A stretch of 58,838 nucleotides of DNA from NCBI GenBank assembly GCA_036336685.1, contig JAYZFO010000041.1:1-58838 (forward strand). Direction: 5' to 3'. The translations under genes were made by a program, and so were the position numbers. Positions 18,838 through 30,880 of the stretch are shown here, in pieces. The notes under the pieces were generated by a model. The model worked only from the letters and a program-made list of their open reading frames with translations. It was not told the DNA's origin and did no database searches. Within the stretch, counting starts at the first letter, position 1; each line of letters opens with the position of its first letter. This stretch comes from Pseudomonadota bacterium (GTDB taxonomy: Bacteria > Pseudomonadota > Alphaproteobacteria > MPNO01 > UBA830).

Positions 18838-20769
18838 ATGTACGTGTTAGCCATATTCTTGCCTTTGATTGGCGCTGTTATTACAGGGTTTTTCGGTCAT
18901 TGGTTGAAGAACACGGGGGCACAGGTTGTCACGTGTGGCTGTATGCTTATATCAGCGGTGTTTGGGTGTATTATTCTGGCGGAGGTGGCACTTGGTGGTA
19001 CACCTCGGACCGTTGAATTATTTTCCTGGATCGACTCGGGTTCTTTTGAAGTTGGGTGGACCCTTCGTTTTGACACGCTTACAGCCGTTATGGTGTTTGT
19101 TGTAAGTGTCGTGTCGGCAATGGTTCACGTATATTCTGTCGGTTACATGAGCCATGACCCCCATATTCCAAGGTTTATGGCCTATTTAAGTCTATTTACT
19201 TTTTTCATGCTAATGCTGGTATCTGCTGACAACCTTCTACAGATGTTTTTTGGTTGGGAAGGCGTTGGACTTTGCTCATATTTATTAATTGGCTTTTGGT
19301 ATGAAAAGCCTGAGGCCAACGCGGCGGCTATAAAGGCTTTTATTGTCAATCGTGTGGGTGATTTTGGCTTTGCACTTGGAATAATGGGTGTATTCCTATT
19401 GTTTGATTCCATCAGTTTTGACACAATTTTTGCTGCTGCGGCTGGTAAAGCGGATACCAACATCCAGTTTCTTGGTTATGAGGCGCACGCAATGACGACG
19501 CTTTGTATCCTGCTGTTTATTGGTGCGATGGGTAAGTCCGCTCAGCTTGGGCTTCATACTTGGCTGCCTGATGCTATGGAGGGCCCTACTCCGGTGTCGG
19601 CCCTCATCCATGCCGCAACTATGGTGACCGCTGGCGTCTTTATGGTCGCACGGCTCTCACCACTGTTTGAATATGCGCCTGACGCACTAACAATGGTAAC
19701 AATCGTAGGGGCATCAACGGCTTTCTTTGCGGCTACCATTGGCCTCTGTCAAAATGATATAAAGCGTGTAATTGCATATTCGACCTGCAGCCAGTTGGGT
19801 TATATGTTTTTTGCGTGTGGTGTTTCGGCATATTCGGCTGGTATTTTTCACCTGATGACCCATGCGTTTTTTAAGGCCTTGCTGTTTCTCGGTGCTGGCT
19901 CAGTGATTCACGCGATGTCGTCTGAGCAAGATATGCGCAAAATGGGCGGAATCTGGAGGATGATTCCTGTGACCTATACTCTTATGTGGATAGGCAGCCT
20001 TGCCCTGGCAGGTATTCCATTCTTCGCGGGTTTTTATTCTAAAGATATCGTATTAGAGGCGGCTTACGGCGCCCACACCGGTGTAGGTCAATATGCGTTC
20101 TGGCTTGGGATTGTTGCAGCAATTTTAACCGCATTTTATTCATGGCGGCTTATAATTATGACGTTTCATGGAGAGAGCAGGGCCGACGAACGAACGTTGG
20201 CGCATGTCCATGAATCACCTAAAGTTATGATTATTCCTCTTGTAGTTCTTGCTGCCGGTGCTGTTTTTTCGGGGTACCTCGGGTATGAATGGTTTGTCGG
20301 CGATAATCTAAAAGAGTTCTGGGGTCAGTCAATCTTTGTTCTCCCAGGTACAAATCCAATTGAAGCCGCGCACCACGTTCCAACCTGGGTTAAAGTGTTG
20401 CCTATCATCGTAGCCGTTCTAGGAATTGCAGCCGCGTACTACTTTTATGTAAAAAACAAAAATATCCCGCGAATTTTGACGCAATATTTTCACCTTACGT
20501 ACAAGTTTTTGCTTAATAAATGGTATTTCGATGAGGTCTATGAGTTCTTGTTTGTGAGACCCGCACATCGTTTAGGGCGTAATCTTTGGAAAGACGGTGA
20601 TGGGGGGGTCATAGATGGTCTCGGGCCAGATGGGGTGGCTGGTGTTGCCCGATATCTTGCTCAGAGGGTTTCGGGACTGCAATCGGGTTATCTTTATCAC
20701 TATGCGTTCGCAATGCTTATAGGTGTGGTGGCTATAGTGACATGGTATCTGTTCGTGCGGGCAGGTTAA
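18838..20769 (+). CDS. nuoL: NADH-quinone oxidoreductase subunit L
   Basis: It is a 643-aa antiporter-like subunit with WEGVGLCSYLLIGFW. Confidence 0.94.
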   Translation: MYVLAIFLPLIGAVITGFFGHWLKNTGAQVVTCGCMLISAVFGCIILAEVALGGTPRTVELFSWIDSGSFEVGWTLRFDTLTAVMVFVVSVVSAMVHVYSVGYMSHDPHIPRFMAYLSLFTFFMLMLVSADNLLQMFFGWEGVGLCSYLLIGFWYEKPEANAAAIKAFIVNRVGDFGFALGIMGVFLLFDSISFDTIFAAAAGKADTNIQFLGYEAHAMTTLCILLFIGAMGKSAQLGLHTWLPDAMEGPTPVSALIHAATMVTAGVFMVARLSPLFEYAPDALTMVTIVGASTAFFAATIGLCQNDIKRVIAYSTCSQLGYMFFACGVSAYSAGIFHLMTHAFFKALLFLGAGSVIHAMSSEQDMRKMGGIWRMIPVTYTLMWIGSLALAGIPFFAGFYSKDIVLEAAYGAHTGVGQYAFWLGIVAAILTAFYSWRLIIMTFHGESRADERTLAHVHESPKVMIIPLVVLAAGAVFSGYLGYEWFVGDNLKEFWGQSIFVLPGTNPIEAAHHVPTWVKVLPIIVAVLGIAAAYYFYVKNKNIPRILTQYFHLTYKFLLNKWYFDEVYEFLFVRPAHRLGRNLWKDGDGGVIDGLGPDGVAGVARYLAQRVSGLQSGYLYHYAFAMLIGVVAIVTWYLFVRAG

Positions 20770-20772
20770 GTA

Positions 20773-22287
20773 ATGATCGACTTCCCGGTTCTCTCTTTAA
20801 CAACGTTTTTACCAACACTCGGTGCACTCGCGATACTTGTTATTAGAGGTGATCGGGAGACGGTTGCGCGTAATGCCCGCGCGACAGCGTTATGGGCATC
20901 TATCGCAACATTTATAGTGTCAATTTTTCTTTGGATTGGTTTTGACAATACCACTTCTCAATTCCAGTTCGTTGAGAAAATTCCGTGGATTGGCTCTCTT
21001 GGAATTAATTACCATATGGGCGTTGATGGTATTTCGATATTTTTCATTTTGCTTTCGACTTTTTTGACGCCGATATGTGTTTTGGCAAGTTGGGAAGCAA
21101 TAGAGCACCGCGTAAAGGAGTATATGATCGCGTTTCTTTTACTGGAAACGCTCATGGTCGGGATGTTCTGTGCATTGGACATTGTGCTTTTCTACATCTT
21201 TTTTGAAGCGGTTTTAATTCCAATGTTCTTGATTATCGGCGTCTGGGGAGGCCAACGCCGGGTCTATGCCGCGTTCAAGTTCTTTCTTTATACATTGACC
21301 GGTTCTGTATTGATGTTGGTTGCCATTTTGGTGATTTATTTTGATACGGAAACTACCGACATCCCGAGGCTGTTGGAGGTTGTTTTAGATCCCCGAATGC
21401 AGCTTTGGCTTTGGCTTGCTTTCTTCGCCAGTTTTGCGGTTAAGGTGCCAATGTGGCCGGTCCATACTTGGTTGCCAGACGCACACGTAGAGGCACCAAC
21501 GGCGGGCTCCGTTATATTAGCCGGGGTCCTATTGAAAATGGGTGCCTATGGGTTTTTGAGGTTCTCTGTGCCGATGCTGCCCTATGCAACAGAATATTTT
21601 ACACCGCTAATATTCGTTCTGTCCGTAATCGCGATAATTTACACCTCCCTGGTGGCACTTGCACAAGAAGATATGAAGAAACTAATAGCGTATTCTTCTG
21701 TTGCGCATATGGGATTCGTCACGATTGGGATATTCACGCTCACACAACAGGGTGTTCAAGGCGCGATTGTTCAGATGATTAGTCATGGCTTTGTGTCTGG
21801 GGCCTTATTTTTGTGTGTCGGAGTATTGTACGATCGGATTCACAGCCGAGAAATCAAACGATACGGTGGATTGGTTGAACGGATGCCAAAATATGCATTT
21901 GTATTTATGGTGTTTATGCTGGCCTCGGTTGGTTTGCCAGGTACCAGCGGGTTCGTAGGAGAATTTTTAGTTCTTGTTGGTGCCTTTAAAGTGAATACCT
22001 GGGTGGCGGCATTAGCGACAACCGGAATAATCTTAGGTGCTGCTTATATGTTGTTTTTATACCGTCGGGTAGTTTTCGGTAAGTTGGAAAAAGATGATTT
22101 AAAAGCAATATTAGACCTTAGCCCTCGTGAAATAGCGATTTTTACCCCTCTAATCGGAGTCACAATCTGGATGGGTGTGTGGCCTGCACCATTTCTGGAC
22201 GTCATAGACGTCTCGGTTTCGAACCTTTTGCAACAGCACGAATTAGCGATGAATAAGTTGCAATTGATCACTGTTGTAACAAAGTAG
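20773..22287 (+). CDS. nuoM: NADH-quinone oxidoreductase subunit M
   Basis: It is a 504-aa antiporter-like subunit with [17 protein letters not shown]. Confidence 0.94.
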   Translation: MIDFPVLSLTTFLPTLGALAILVIRGDRETVARNARATALWASIATFIVSIFLWIGFDNTTSQFQFVEKIPWIGSLGINYHMGVDGISIFFILLSTFLTPICVLASWEAIEHRVKEYMIAFLLLETLMVGMFCALDIVLFYIFFEAVLIPMFLIIGVWGGQRRVYAAFKFFLYTLTGSVLMLVAILVIYFDTETTDIPRLLEVVLDPRMQLWLWLAFFASFAVKVPMWPVHTWLPDAHVEAPTAGSVILAGVLLKMGAYGFLRFSVPMLPYATEYFTPLIFVLSVIAIIYTSLVALAQEDMKKLIAYSSVAHMGFVTIGIFTLTQQGVQGAIVQMISHGFVSGALFLCVGVLYDRIHSREIKRYGGLVERMPKYAFVFMVFMLASVGLPGTSGFVGEFLVLVGAFKVNTWVAALATTGIILGAAYMLFLYRRVVFGKLEKDDLKAILDLSPREIAIFTPLIGVTIWMGVWPAPFLDVIDVSVSNLLQQHELAMNKLQLITVVTK

Positions 22288-22302
22288 GGCGTCGTCGTTC
22301 GT

Positions 22303-23754
22303 ATGGTCACAACTGCTGATATTTATCCTATCGTGCCAGAGTTATTTCTAGCGGTAGCTGCCATGGTGTTATTACTTCTCGGCGTGTTTCGCGGTGACAG
22401 AGGCGCCCAAAGCATCTCGTGGTTATCGGTGCTAACGCTTTTATCCACTGGCGTGGTCATGTCATTTTTACCTGATAATGTTCAAATTGCGTTTGGTGGT
22501 CAATTTATCGTTGATCAATTTGGGACATTTATGAAATGGCTGATATTGCTTGGATCAGCACTCGCAATCTTGATGTCGTTAAACTACAACGAACGGGAAA
22601 AAATACAGCGTTTTGAATTTCCAATTCTAATTTTGTTTGCTGCCCTCGGGATGCTGTTAATGGTATCCGCGAATGACCTGATTTCTTTATATGTTGGGCT
22701 GGAACTTCAAAGCCTGGCGTTATATGTCATCGCGGCCTTCCGACGTGATTCAACGAAATCATCGGAAGCTGGGCTAAAATATTTTGTTCTGGGTGCTCTA
22801 TCATCAGGTATGCTGCTTTACGGCGCTTCGCTAATATATGGGTTTGCCGGTACCACCCGTTTTGCGGAGCTCGCGGGCTTATTTACTGGCCCGAACGCCG
22901 ACCCCGGTATCGGGGTCGTGGTTGGTTTAGTGTTTTTGTTAGCGGGCTTAGCATTCAAAGTTTCTGCAGTACCATTTCATATGTGGACGCCTGACGTTTA
23001 TGAGGGCGCCCCGACCCCTATTACTGCGTTTTTTGCGGTCGCTCCGAAGATAGCGGCAATAGCGCTTCTCGTTCGGGTGATGGTTGGCCCGTTTGGGGAG
23101 CTTTATGAAGAATGGCAGCAAGTCGTTATATTTATTGCCGTTGCATCAATGTTTCTTGGCGCACTTGCTGCAATTTGGCAGAAAAATATAAAGCGATTAC
23201 TTGCCTATAGTTCAATCGGGCATGTTGGTTTTGCTTTAGTTGGCCTGGCGGCAGGCTCCAAAGAAGGGATAAGCGCCATCGGTATCTATATGACGATATA
23301 TCTTGCGATGAATATTGGCGCGTTTGGTTGCGTTCTTTCGATGAGGCGACAGGGATTGTTGACAGAAAATATAGATGACCTGGCAGGTCTAGCACGTAAT
23401 CACCCTTTAATGGCGGCTGCGATGGGAATTTTCATGTTTTCAATGGCGGGTATACCACCGCTAGCCGGCTTTTTCGGCAAACTCTACATTTTTCTTTCCG
23501 CGGTAAATGAAGGGTTATACCTACTCGCTATTGTGGGGGTATTGACGAGTGTCGTGGGGGCTTATTACTACCTGAGAATCGTCAAAATAATGTATTTTGA
23601 TGAACCGGCTGATGCGTTTGACAGGACCGCCGGGCGTGAAGTTGTTGTGATAACAACGTTCGCGGCTGTGTTTACATTATTATTCTTCATTTTTCCCTCT
23701 CCGATAGTCAATGCCGCAACAAAAGCAGCAGCTGCTCTTTTCTCAGGTGGTTAG
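22303..23754 (+). CDS. nuoN: NADH-quinone oxidoreductase subunit N
   Basis: It is a 483-aa antiporter-like subunit with [16 protein letters not shown], and it is the last gene of the array. Confidence 0.93.
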   Translation: MVTTADIYPIVPELFLAVAAMVLLLLGVFRGDRGAQSISWLSVLTLLSTGVVMSFLPDNVQIAFGGQFIVDQFGTFMKWLILLGSALAILMSLNYNEREKIQRFEFPILILFAALGMLLMVSANDLISLYVGLELQSLALYVIAAFRRDSTKSSEAGLKYFVLGALSSGMLLYGASLIYGFAGTTRFAELAGLFTGPNADPGIGVVVGLVFLLAGLAFKVSAVPFHMWTPDVYEGAPTPITAFFAVAPKIAAIALLVRVMVGPFGELYEEWQQVVIFIAVASMFLGALAAIWQKNIKRLLAYSSIGHVGFALVGLAAGSKEGISAIGIYMTIYLAMNIGAFGCVLSMRRQGLLTENIDDLAGLARNHPLMAAAMGIFMFSMAGIPPLAGFFGKLYIFLSAVNEGLYLLAIVGVLTSVVGAYYYLRIVKIMYFDEPADAFDRTAGREVVVITTFAAVFTLLFFIFPSPIVNAATKAAAALFSGG

Positions 23755-23778
23755 AGATAGGGGCTAACGGAGGCCTAA

Positions 23779-24507
23779 TTGATTAGTCCTTACGGTTATA
23801 AAATGCTTAAATTTTCAACGTTGGACAGTACCAACGCGGAAGCACTTCGTTCCGGTGCTCCGCCGGGGCATGTCTATATCGCAGAGACACAGACTAAGGG
23901 GCGCGGCCGGCATGGCAGAGTTTGGCACTCTAGGCCTGGTAATCTGCATATGACACTTTGTGCAGTGGTTCCGGGTAATCGCGCGCCGGGCCAACTAGCA
24001 TTTGTAGCTGGTCTGTCGGCCTTTGATGCAATTTCCGAGTTGGCGCCAAGTCTCTCTTTTTCTCTTAAGTGGCCTAATGATATCCTTATCAATGGAAAAA
24101 AAATTGCGGGTATACTTATCGAGGCAGCTGAGGATGATAAATATGTTGTTGGTATTGGAATAAACCTCAGGTTTTCGCCGCGTTCAGTCGAAATGAGATA
24201 CCCGACAACTGACCTAATGGCGGAATCGGGAATCGAATGTACGACTGATCAATGTGCCGAGGAAGTATGCGTTCATTTTGAACGGTGGTTTGGCCGTTGG
24301 TTGGCGGAGGGCTTTCAGCCTTTGCGGGCGGTGTGGTTGGCGTCTGGAAACGATGTTGGAGAAATCATTAGGGTTTCTAATAACAAAACGCTGATAGAGG
24401 GTATATTTGAGGGACTAAATGATGACGGGGCGCTTCTTCTCAAGGATGCAGAAGGGGTGTGCCAAGTGATCACGACAGGAGATGTCATGTTTCCGATGAA
24501 AGACTAA
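23779..24507 (+). CDS. birA: Biotin--[acetyl-CoA-carboxylase] ligase, group I (no N-terminal HTH domain)
   Basis: It has the GRGRHGRVW biotin-binding motif. The start is TTG at 23779 or ATG at 23803. Confidence 0.88.
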   Translation: MISPYGYKMLKFSTLDSTNAEALRSGAPPGHVYIAETQTKGRGRHGRVWHSRPGNLHMTLCAVVPGNRAPGQLAFVAGLSAFDAISELAPSLSFSLKWPNDILINGKKIAGILIEAAEDDKYVVGIGINLRFSPRSVEMRYPTTDLMAESGIECTTDQCAEEVCVHFERWFGRWLAEGFQPLRAVWLASGNDVGEIIRVSNNKTLIEGIFEGLNDDGALLLKDAEGVCQVITTGDVMFPMKD

Positions 24508-24511
24508 CTGA

Positions 24512-25282
24512 ATGCTACTAACGATTGATTGCGGGAATACAAATATAGTCTTTGCCTTATATGAGGGTGAAAAAAGGCGGGGTATGTGGCGGCGAGCTAG
24601 CGATTACAGGCGGACCGCTGATGAATACGGCGTATGGTTACTTCAGTTGATGAAACATGCGCGACTGGATCCACAGGATGTGGGTTCGGCGATTCTTGCG
24701 ACGGTGGTCCCCGACACATTATTTAGTCTAAAAGAACTTTGTCTTAATTATTTTGATGTTACGCCGCTCATTGTTGGGGAGCGTGGCGTAACGCTGGGTT
24801 TAAAGGTCCTAGTTGATTCCCCAGAATCGGTTGGCGCTGATCGTTTGGTCAATGCTGTTGCTGCGAACGAGACCTATGGTGGTCCACTAATCGTTTTGGA
24901 CTTTGGTACTGCGACAACGTTTGATGTAATAAATAACGAGGGTGATTATATTGGGGGTGTAATTGCTCCCGGGGTCAACCTGTCGATTGAAGCGCTTCAT
25001 CAAGCTGCCGCCATGCTGCCCCGTGTTTCCGTGGAGCCACCGCCAACGGTCATCGGTACGCGAACTAGTACCGCGATGCAGTCTGGAATCTATTGGGGCT
25101 ATGTCGGTCTAATAGAGGGTATTGTTACTCGGTTATGTAAAGAATTTGGAGCAGATTTGCCTGTAATCGCGACCGGGGGTCTCGCACCGTTATTCGAGTT
25201 AGCGACCGAAGCGATAAAAGATGTAGATGAAGACTTGACCCTTAGAGGTCTACTAAAGGTCCATGGCTTGAATACCAAATGA
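24512..25282 (+). CDS. coaX: Type III pantothenate kinase
   Basis: It has the [12 protein letters not shown]-terminus and DFGTATTFD. Its position after birA is typical. Confidence 0.9.
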   Translation: MLLTIDCGNTNIVFALYEGEKRRGMWRRASDYRRTADEYGVWLLQLMKHARLDPQDVGSAILATVVPDTLFSLKELCLNYFDVTPLIVGERGVTLGLKVLVDSPESVGADRLVNAVAANETYGGPLIVLDFGTATTFDVINNEGDYIGGVIAPGVNLSIEALHQAAAMLPRVSVEPPPTVIGTRTSTAMQSGIYWGYVGLIEGIVTRLCKEFGADLPVIATGGLAPLFELATEAIKDVDEDLTLRGLLKVHGLNTK

Positions 25283-26928
25283 CAGTTGATGAATTATTTT
25301 TTGTTCCGTTGGGTGGTGCTGGAGAAATTGGCATGAACATGAGCCTTTATGGCTACGATGGCCAATGGCTGATGGTTGATATGGGGATTGGATTTGCCGA
25401 CGGTACTGCGAATGGTGTCGATGTCTTTACGCCAGACCCTTCTTTTATTATTGAAGAAAGAGAAAGACTTGCGGGTCTGTTGATCACCCATGCCCACGAA
25501 GATCACATCGGTGCGGTTCCATACCTATGGAACAAGATTAGGTGTCCAATATACGCTACTCCGTTCGCTGTAAGCATCTTGCGGAGAAAATTGGATGAGG
25601 TAGGCTTGTTAAATCAAGTAGATCTCTATGAGGTTCCAGTTGGCGGAAGCAAGACAATTGGCCAGTTCTCTGTTGATTTTATTTCAGCTGCGCACTCTGT
25701 CCCTGAGGGAAATATTTTAATTATACGTTGTGGTGGAGGAATAGTAGTCCACGCTACAGACTGGAAGATTGATCCCAACCCACTTATTGGCCGAAGAACA
25801 GACGAAAAAGCGCTTCGTCAAATTGGGGACGAGGGAGTGTTGGCTCTAGTGTGCGATTCTACAAATGTATTCGTTGAGGGTGCTTCGGGTTCAGAGGGTG
25901 TTCTTCGACAAAGCCTAAAAAAGATTATTGCAAACTGTACCGGTCGGGTCGCTGTGGCGTGTTTTGCGAGCAATATTGCCCGCCTTGCAACGATTAATCG
26001 GGTAGGGACTGAAACTGGTCGCCATACGGCTTTGGTCGGGCGTTCTTTGTGGCGAAATACTGACACTAGCCTGGAGAATGGCTACCTCGAGGATATTGAG
26101 CCATTCGTTGCGGAAGAGGAAATTAGTTTTTTACCAGCTAATAAAACTCTGCTTACAGTAACTGGCAGTCAGGGAGAACCGGGTTCAGCGCTTGCCCGTA
26201 TAGCAAGTGGCAAACATCGAAATGTTTTGTTGGAGGCTGGTGATACGGTAATTTTTTCATCGCGAGAAATACCTGGTAACGAACTAGCAATTTCTAACGT
26301 TCAAAATAAATTGGTGCGCTTAGGAGTAGAAGTTTTGACAGAACAAGATGGGTTTGTTCATGTTTCAGGCCATCCCGCTCGAGAAGAGCTTGTGACAATG
26401 TATCGTTGGACACGGCCAAAAATATTGATTCCGGTCCATGGAGAACGCCGCCACCTTGCTGAACACTGTCGGTTGGGAGTTCAGTCTCAGATACCCCATA
26501 CGCAAGTTGTTGAAAACGGGAATATGGCTGCACTGTCACAAATGGGTATTGAAATAGTAGATGAGGTGCCCACGGGACGTCTTGCAATAGATGGATCCCG
26601 GCTCGTTTCCTCTGAAAGCCCTGTAATCCAGGAGAGAAAAAGGCTTCTCTATAATGGGGTCGCTTTGGTTACGGTTGTTGCAGGGCCGCGAGGTGACTTG
26701 TGCGGGGAACCAGAAGTCTCTTTTGAAGGTGTATTGGATGCCGAACTAGAAGAGTCGATTTATAAACAGGTGATTAAGGCTATAAAGAGTGGGATGGAAA
26801 AGCCTGGCTCCGATAGACAAATCAGTGATGATTTCATAATAAAAATGGTTAAGCGCACTGTCCGAAAGGCATTGGGTGACACAATTGGAAAGCGGCCCGT
26901 CACGAAAGTACACGTGGTGAGGATATAG
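25279..26928 (+). CDS. rnj: RNase J-family beta-CASP metallo-beta-lactamase ribonuclease
   Basis: It has the HAHEDHIG (HxHxDH) motif, is 549 aa long, and sits in the conserved position after coaX. Confidence 0.85.
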   Translation: MTVDELFFVPLGGAGEIGMNMSLYGYDGQWLMVDMGIGFADGTANGVDVFTPDPSFIIEERERLAGLLITHAHEDHIGAVPYLWNKIRCPIYATPFAVSILRRKLDEVGLLNQVDLYEVPVGGSKTIGQFSVDFISAAHSVPEGNILIIRCGGGIVVHATDWKIDPNPLIGRRTDEKALRQIGDEGVLALVCDSTNVFVEGASGSEGVLRQSLKKIIANCTGRVAVACFASNIARLATINRVGTETGRHTALVGRSLWRNTDTSLENGYLEDIEPFVAEEEISFLPANKTLLTVTGSQGEPGSALARIASGKHRNVLLEAGDTVIFSSREIPGNELAISNVQNKLVRLGVEVLTEQDGFVHVSGHPAREELVTMYRWTRPKILIPVHGERRHLAEHCRLGVQSQIPHTQVVENGNMAALSQMGIEIVDEVPTGRLAIDGSRLVSSESPVIQERKRLLYNGVALVTVVAGPRGDLCGEPEVSFEGVLDAELEESIYKQVIKAIKSGMEKPGSDRQISDDFIIKMVKRTVRKALGDTIGKRPVTKVHVVRI

Positions 26929-26932
26929 GCTA

Positions 26933-27178
26933 ATGACTTGGTTTTCGGTTGCTCTCATCTTTATCATAGTGTGGTGGTTAATATTTTTTATGTTGTTACC
27001 AATAGGGGCGCGTTCATACCATGAAGCCGGTGAAACGGTTGAAAAAGGCAACGCGGAGAGCGCGCCCATAAGGCCGCGTCTTTGGTTGAAGGTAATTGTT
27101 GCGACGTCGCTAGCACTTCTTATGACAGTGTTGATATACTTTATAATAGATCTTGGAGCATTAAGCTTCAGACCATAA
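26933..27178 (+). CDS. DUF1467-family small membrane protein
   Basis: It encodes an 81-aa protein with two hydrophobic helices (WWLIFFMLLP...). As I recall, this position after RNase J is conserved in alphaproteobacteria. Confidence 0.7.
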   Translation: MTWFSVALIFIIVWWLIFFMLLPIGARSYHEAGETVEKGNAESAPIRPRLWLKVIVATSLALLMTVLIYFIIDLGALSFRP

Positions 27179-27309
27179 GCGGCACACTTTTAAGGTGGTT
27201 TATTAGCAAAAATAAAAGTTGTGGCGGCTTCGCATAGATAAAGCGGAAATACCGTACTCCCGATGAACCGATTAAGTGTTTGCTGGGTATTAGCTAGGGA
27301 AGTTTGTTA

Positions 27310-28842
27310 ATGGCACAATCGCCACGGTTACAAGTTGTAGATATCACTAAATCATATCCGGGTGTTGTTGCAAATGATAAGGTTAATCTAACGGTAAATC
27401 CGGGCGAAATTCATGCCTTGCTCGGGGAAAATGGTGCGGGAAAGTCGACGTTAGTAAAATATATATACGGTGTCCATGAAGCGGATGAGGGTCGGTTAGT
27501 TTGGGAAGGTAAGGAACTTCAGATATCTAATCCCAGTCATGCCCGGAAACTCGGAATCGGAATGGTTTTTCAGCATTTTTCGTTATTCGACGCAATGACT
27601 GTTGAACAAAACATCGCTCTGGGTATAGATCGAAAACAGGCAGGAGGAGATCTTCCGAATCGAATTCGAGAAGTATCCGCCCACCATGGTTTGTTTCTCG
27701 ACCCTAGCCGCTATGTTCACACATTATCTGTAGGAGAACGGCAACGAATAGAGGTTGTACGCTGCTTGCTGCAAAATCCTCAATTATTAATTATGGACGA
27801 GCCCACGTCTGTCTTAACCCCACAAGAGGTAGAAAATTTGTTTAAGACGCTGCGACTTTTGTCCAGCGCAGGTGTGTCTATTCTGTATATTTCTCACAAG
27901 CTTCAGGAGATTAAAGCGCTTTGTCATGCTGCGACTATAATGCGGAGGGGCAAGGTAGTTGCGAGATGTAAGCCTGAGGAACAAACTACGAAGTCTATGG
28001 CAGAAATGATGATGGGTCAGAACGTCAGTTCGCCAGTGCGTAGCAGTGCTCAAACCAAAAGTCGTGTGAGCCTTGATATCGTTGACCTGAGCGTCTCATC
28101 AACTCATCAGCAGGGAACCGATCTAAAGAATATTAATTTACAGGTTCTCTCTGGAGAAATCATGAGCGTCGCTGGTATCGCAGGCAACGGTCAACGTGAA
28201 TTTCTTGAAGTACTGTCTGGAGAAGTTTTGGTCGATGACCCTTCAATGATTAGGTTCGGGGATATTGGCGTGGGACGGATGGGACCAATGGATCGGCGTA
28301 AAATAGGTGCTGCCTTTGTTCCTGAGGAGCGCCTGGGTCACGGAGCAGTCCCGGATATGTCGTTATGGGAGAATGTTCTTTTGTCGGCTGGACCACAAAT
28401 AAAATTAGTAAAAAACGGTTTTATTCGCCTCCGAGCAGCTCAAAAATTCACTGAGGAAATTGTCGGAAAGTTTCGTGTTGTCACCCAGGGTGTTAGACGT
28501 GCGGCAAACAGTCTATCCGGGGGTAATCTTCAGAAATTCATAATCGGCCGCGAGATAATTCAAAAGCCACGTCTTATTGTCGCCGTGCAACCGACGTGGG
28601 GGGTTGATGCCGGGGCAGCAGTCTCAATAAGGCAGGCCCTAATTGATTTAGCGGGTACAGGTGCGGCAGTGTTAATCGTTTCTCAAGACCTCGAAGAACT
28701 CTTTGAAATTTCAGATCGTATTTGTGTCATCTCCAATGGTTGTCTATCGGCGCCTCGCCCAACCGCGTCGATGACAGTTCAGGAAATAGGGTTATTAATG
28801 GGAGAAGCTGGACTTGGAGGTAAGGGTGCTAGCCCTATTTAA
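27310..28842 (+). CDS. ABC transporter ATP-binding protein with duplicated ATPase domains (BMP/nucleoside-sugar type)
   Basis: It has Walker A GENGAGKST and the signatures LSVGERQR and LSGGNLQK. I prefer the ATG at 27310 (AGGGAAG upstream) over the TTG at 27304. Confidence 0.9.
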   Translation: MAQSPRLQVVDITKSYPGVVANDKVNLTVNPGEIHALLGENGAGKSTLVKYIYGVHEADEGRLVWEGKELQISNPSHARKLGIGMVFQHFSLFDAMTVEQNIALGIDRKQAGGDLPNRIREVSAHHGLFLDPSRYVHTLSVGERQRIEVVRCLLQNPQLLIMDEPTSVLTPQEVENLFKTLRLLSSAGVSILYISHKLQEIKALCHAATIMRRGKVVARCKPEEQTTKSMAEMMMGQNVSSPVRSSAQTKSRVSLDIVDLSVSSTHQQGTDLKNINLQVLSGEIMSVAGIAGNGQREFLEVLSGEVLVDDPSMIRFGDIGVGRMGPMDRRKIGAAFVPEERLGHGAVPDMSLWENVLLSAGPQIKLVKNGFIRLRAAQKFTEEIVGKFRVVTQGVRRAANSLSGGNLQKFIIGREIIQKPRLIVAVQPTWGVDAGAAVSIRQALIDLAGTGAAVLIVSQDLEELFEISDRICVISNGCLSAPRPTASMTVQEIGLLMGEAGLGGKGASPI

Positions 28843-29917
28843 ACTTGAACGTCGACCCGAGACCTCTCGTGCAATGGTCTATTGTTCTCCTTTGATCGCC
28901 GTAGTTCTGACCGTATTTACTGCGATGATTATGTTTAGTTTGCTTGGCGTTGATCCTGTAAAAGCTATTACGGTATTTTTTATTGAGCCTATTTCTTCCG
29001 TGGACGGGATTGCAGAACTCTGCGTGAAGGCGACCCCCTTAATTCTGATAGGAGTTGGCCTTTCACTTGGTTTTAAGGCGGATGTTTGGAACATTGGTGC
29101 GGAAGGCCAGCTAATAATTGGTGCTCTTTCCGGAGGAGGTCTCGCGCTCGCGTTTTATGATCAAGAAAGCATCTTTCTCTTACCGGCAATGCTAGTGTTT
29201 GGCATCCTGGGTGGTATGTTTTGGGCTGCAATCCCAGCGTTTTTAAAGACCCGTTACAACACAAATGAAATTCTAACTAGTCTAATGCTGACCTATGTTG
29301 GCCTGTTGGTTCTTAGCTACTTGATACACGGCCCCTGGAAAGACCCAGACGGACAGAACTTTCCTGAATCTCGCCTTTTTCATGAGTCTGCGTTGTTACC
29401 GATACTGATAGACGAAACGCGTTTGAATCTGGGTTGGTTTGTGGCGTTGCTAGTGGTTGCATTGGGCTGGGTTTTGGTGTCAAGACATGTCATCGGATTT
29501 CAAATAAAGGTCGTTGGTATGGCCGCGATGGCAGCAAGTTTTGCTGGTTTTAAGGAAAAAAAATTAGTTTGGTTGACGCTTTTGGTGTCGGGTGGTTGCG
29601 CAGGTCTTGCTGGTGTGATTGAGCTGTCTGGCGCAATCGGCCAGATCGTACCGTCAATCTCTCCCGGTTACGGGTTTACGGCAATCATCGTAGCTTTTTT
29701 AGGCAGGCTTCACCCTGTTGGTGTTTTTTTTGCCGGATTGCTGATGGCATTGACATATCTTGGAGGAGATTCCGCGCAAATTAGTTTGAATATGCCTAAT
29801 GCGGTGACCGGGGTTTTCCAAGGAATGCTCCTATTTTTTCTGCTGGCGAGCGATGTCTTAATTAGATATCGATTTAAATTCAGTCAATCTCCCCCCATGT
29901 CGGAGCGTCAGCAATGA
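28826..29917 (+). CDS. ABC transporter permease (BMP-family system)
   Basis: It is a polytopic membrane protein. The GTG at 28826 follows GGAGGTAAGG. The ORF-track start is the TTG at 28814. Confidence 0.85.
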   Translation: MLALFKLERRPETSRAMVYCSPLIAVVLTVFTAMIMFSLLGVDPVKAITVFFIEPISSVDGIAELCVKATPLILIGVGLSLGFKADVWNIGAEGQLIIGALSGGGLALAFYDQESIFLLPAMLVFGILGGMFWAAIPAFLKTRYNTNEILTSLMLTYVGLLVLSYLIHGPWKDPDGQNFPESRLFHESALLPILIDETRLNLGWFVALLVVALGWVLVSRHVIGFQIKVVGMAAMAASFAGFKEKKLVWLTLLVSGGCAGLAGVIELSGAIGQIVPSISPGYGFTAIIVAFLGRLHPVGVFFAGLLMALTYLGGDSAQISLNMPNAVTGVFQGMLLFFLLASDVLIRYRFKFSQSPPMSERQQ

Positions 29918-30840
29918 TTCTAGAGTGGCTGTTGCCCGCTATCTTGACAATCGTGACGGCCGCGACACCTTTGGTATTTGCTGCCGTTGGTGAAGCCGTG
30001 GTTGAAAAGGCCGGCGTCTTAAATCTTGGTGTTGAGGGTATGATGGTTATAGGTGCTATTACGGCCTTCGCTACCGCCGTATCTACCGAGAGTGGTATAT
30101 TGGCCGTGATAGCAGGCGCCGTTGCGGGTCTCGCGCTGTCTTTAATTTTTGGCGTGCTGACTGTATATCTACAGTCTAACCAGGTTGCTACAGGATTGTC
30201 GCTGACGATATTCGGGCTTGGACTGAGTGCCTTAATTGGTCACTCGTACGTTGGAAAGACATTTTCGGGCTTGCCAAAATTACAGCTACCGGTGATTTCT
30301 GAAATACCAATTTTAGGACAGTTGGTGTTTGGACACGACGGGCTCGTCTATTTATCCGTTTTAAGCGTTATGGCGGTCGCGTGGTTTCTTAATCGCACAC
30401 GCGCGGGTCTAGTCCTTCGGGCCGTTGGTGAAAATCATGAGGCCGCACATTCGATTGGGTATCCGGTTCGGCTTGTTAGATTGTCCGCTATTTTGTTTGG
30501 CGGCGCGATGGCGGGCATTGGGGGAGCGTATCTATCAATCTGTTACACCCCGCTCTGGGTAGAGAATATGACGGCGGGGAGAGGTTGGATTGCATTAGCA
30601 CTCGTCGTTTTTGCATCTTGGCGCCCATGGCGGGCCTTTTTTGGTGCGTATCTCTTTGGTAGCATAACAATTATTCAACTTTATGCACAGGGTATGGGGG
30701 TAGAGGTTTCCGCCGCCTTCCTTTCAATGTTACCTTACGTAGCGACGATCATTGTGCTCGTTTTGATTTCTAGAGATAGTATTAGAGCGAGACTTAACGC
30801 GCCGGCATGTCTAGGTAAAAATTTTCATGCAACGGGGTAG
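29914..30840 (+). CDS. ABC transporter permease (BMP-family system)
   Basis: It is a 308-aa polytopic membrane protein. The start is an ATGA overlap with the preceding permease. Confidence 0.87.
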   Translation: MILEWLLPAILTIVTAATPLVFAAVGEAVVEKAGVLNLGVEGMMVIGAITAFATAVSTESGILAVIAGAVAGLALSLIFGVLTVYLQSNQVATGLSLTIFGLGLSALIGHSYVGKTFSGLPKLQLPVISEIPILGQLVFGHDGLVYLSVLSVMAVAWFLNRTRAGLVLRAVGENHEAAHSIGYPVRLVRLSAILFGGAMAGIGGAYLSICYTPLWVENMTAGRGWIALALVVFASWRPWRAFFGAYLFGSITIIQLYAQGMGVEVSAAFLSMLPYVATIIVLVLISRDSIRARLNAPACLGKNFHATG

Positions 30841-30880
30841 TAGAGATCTTTGAAAACGGCTTTTAACAATGGAGGCAAAA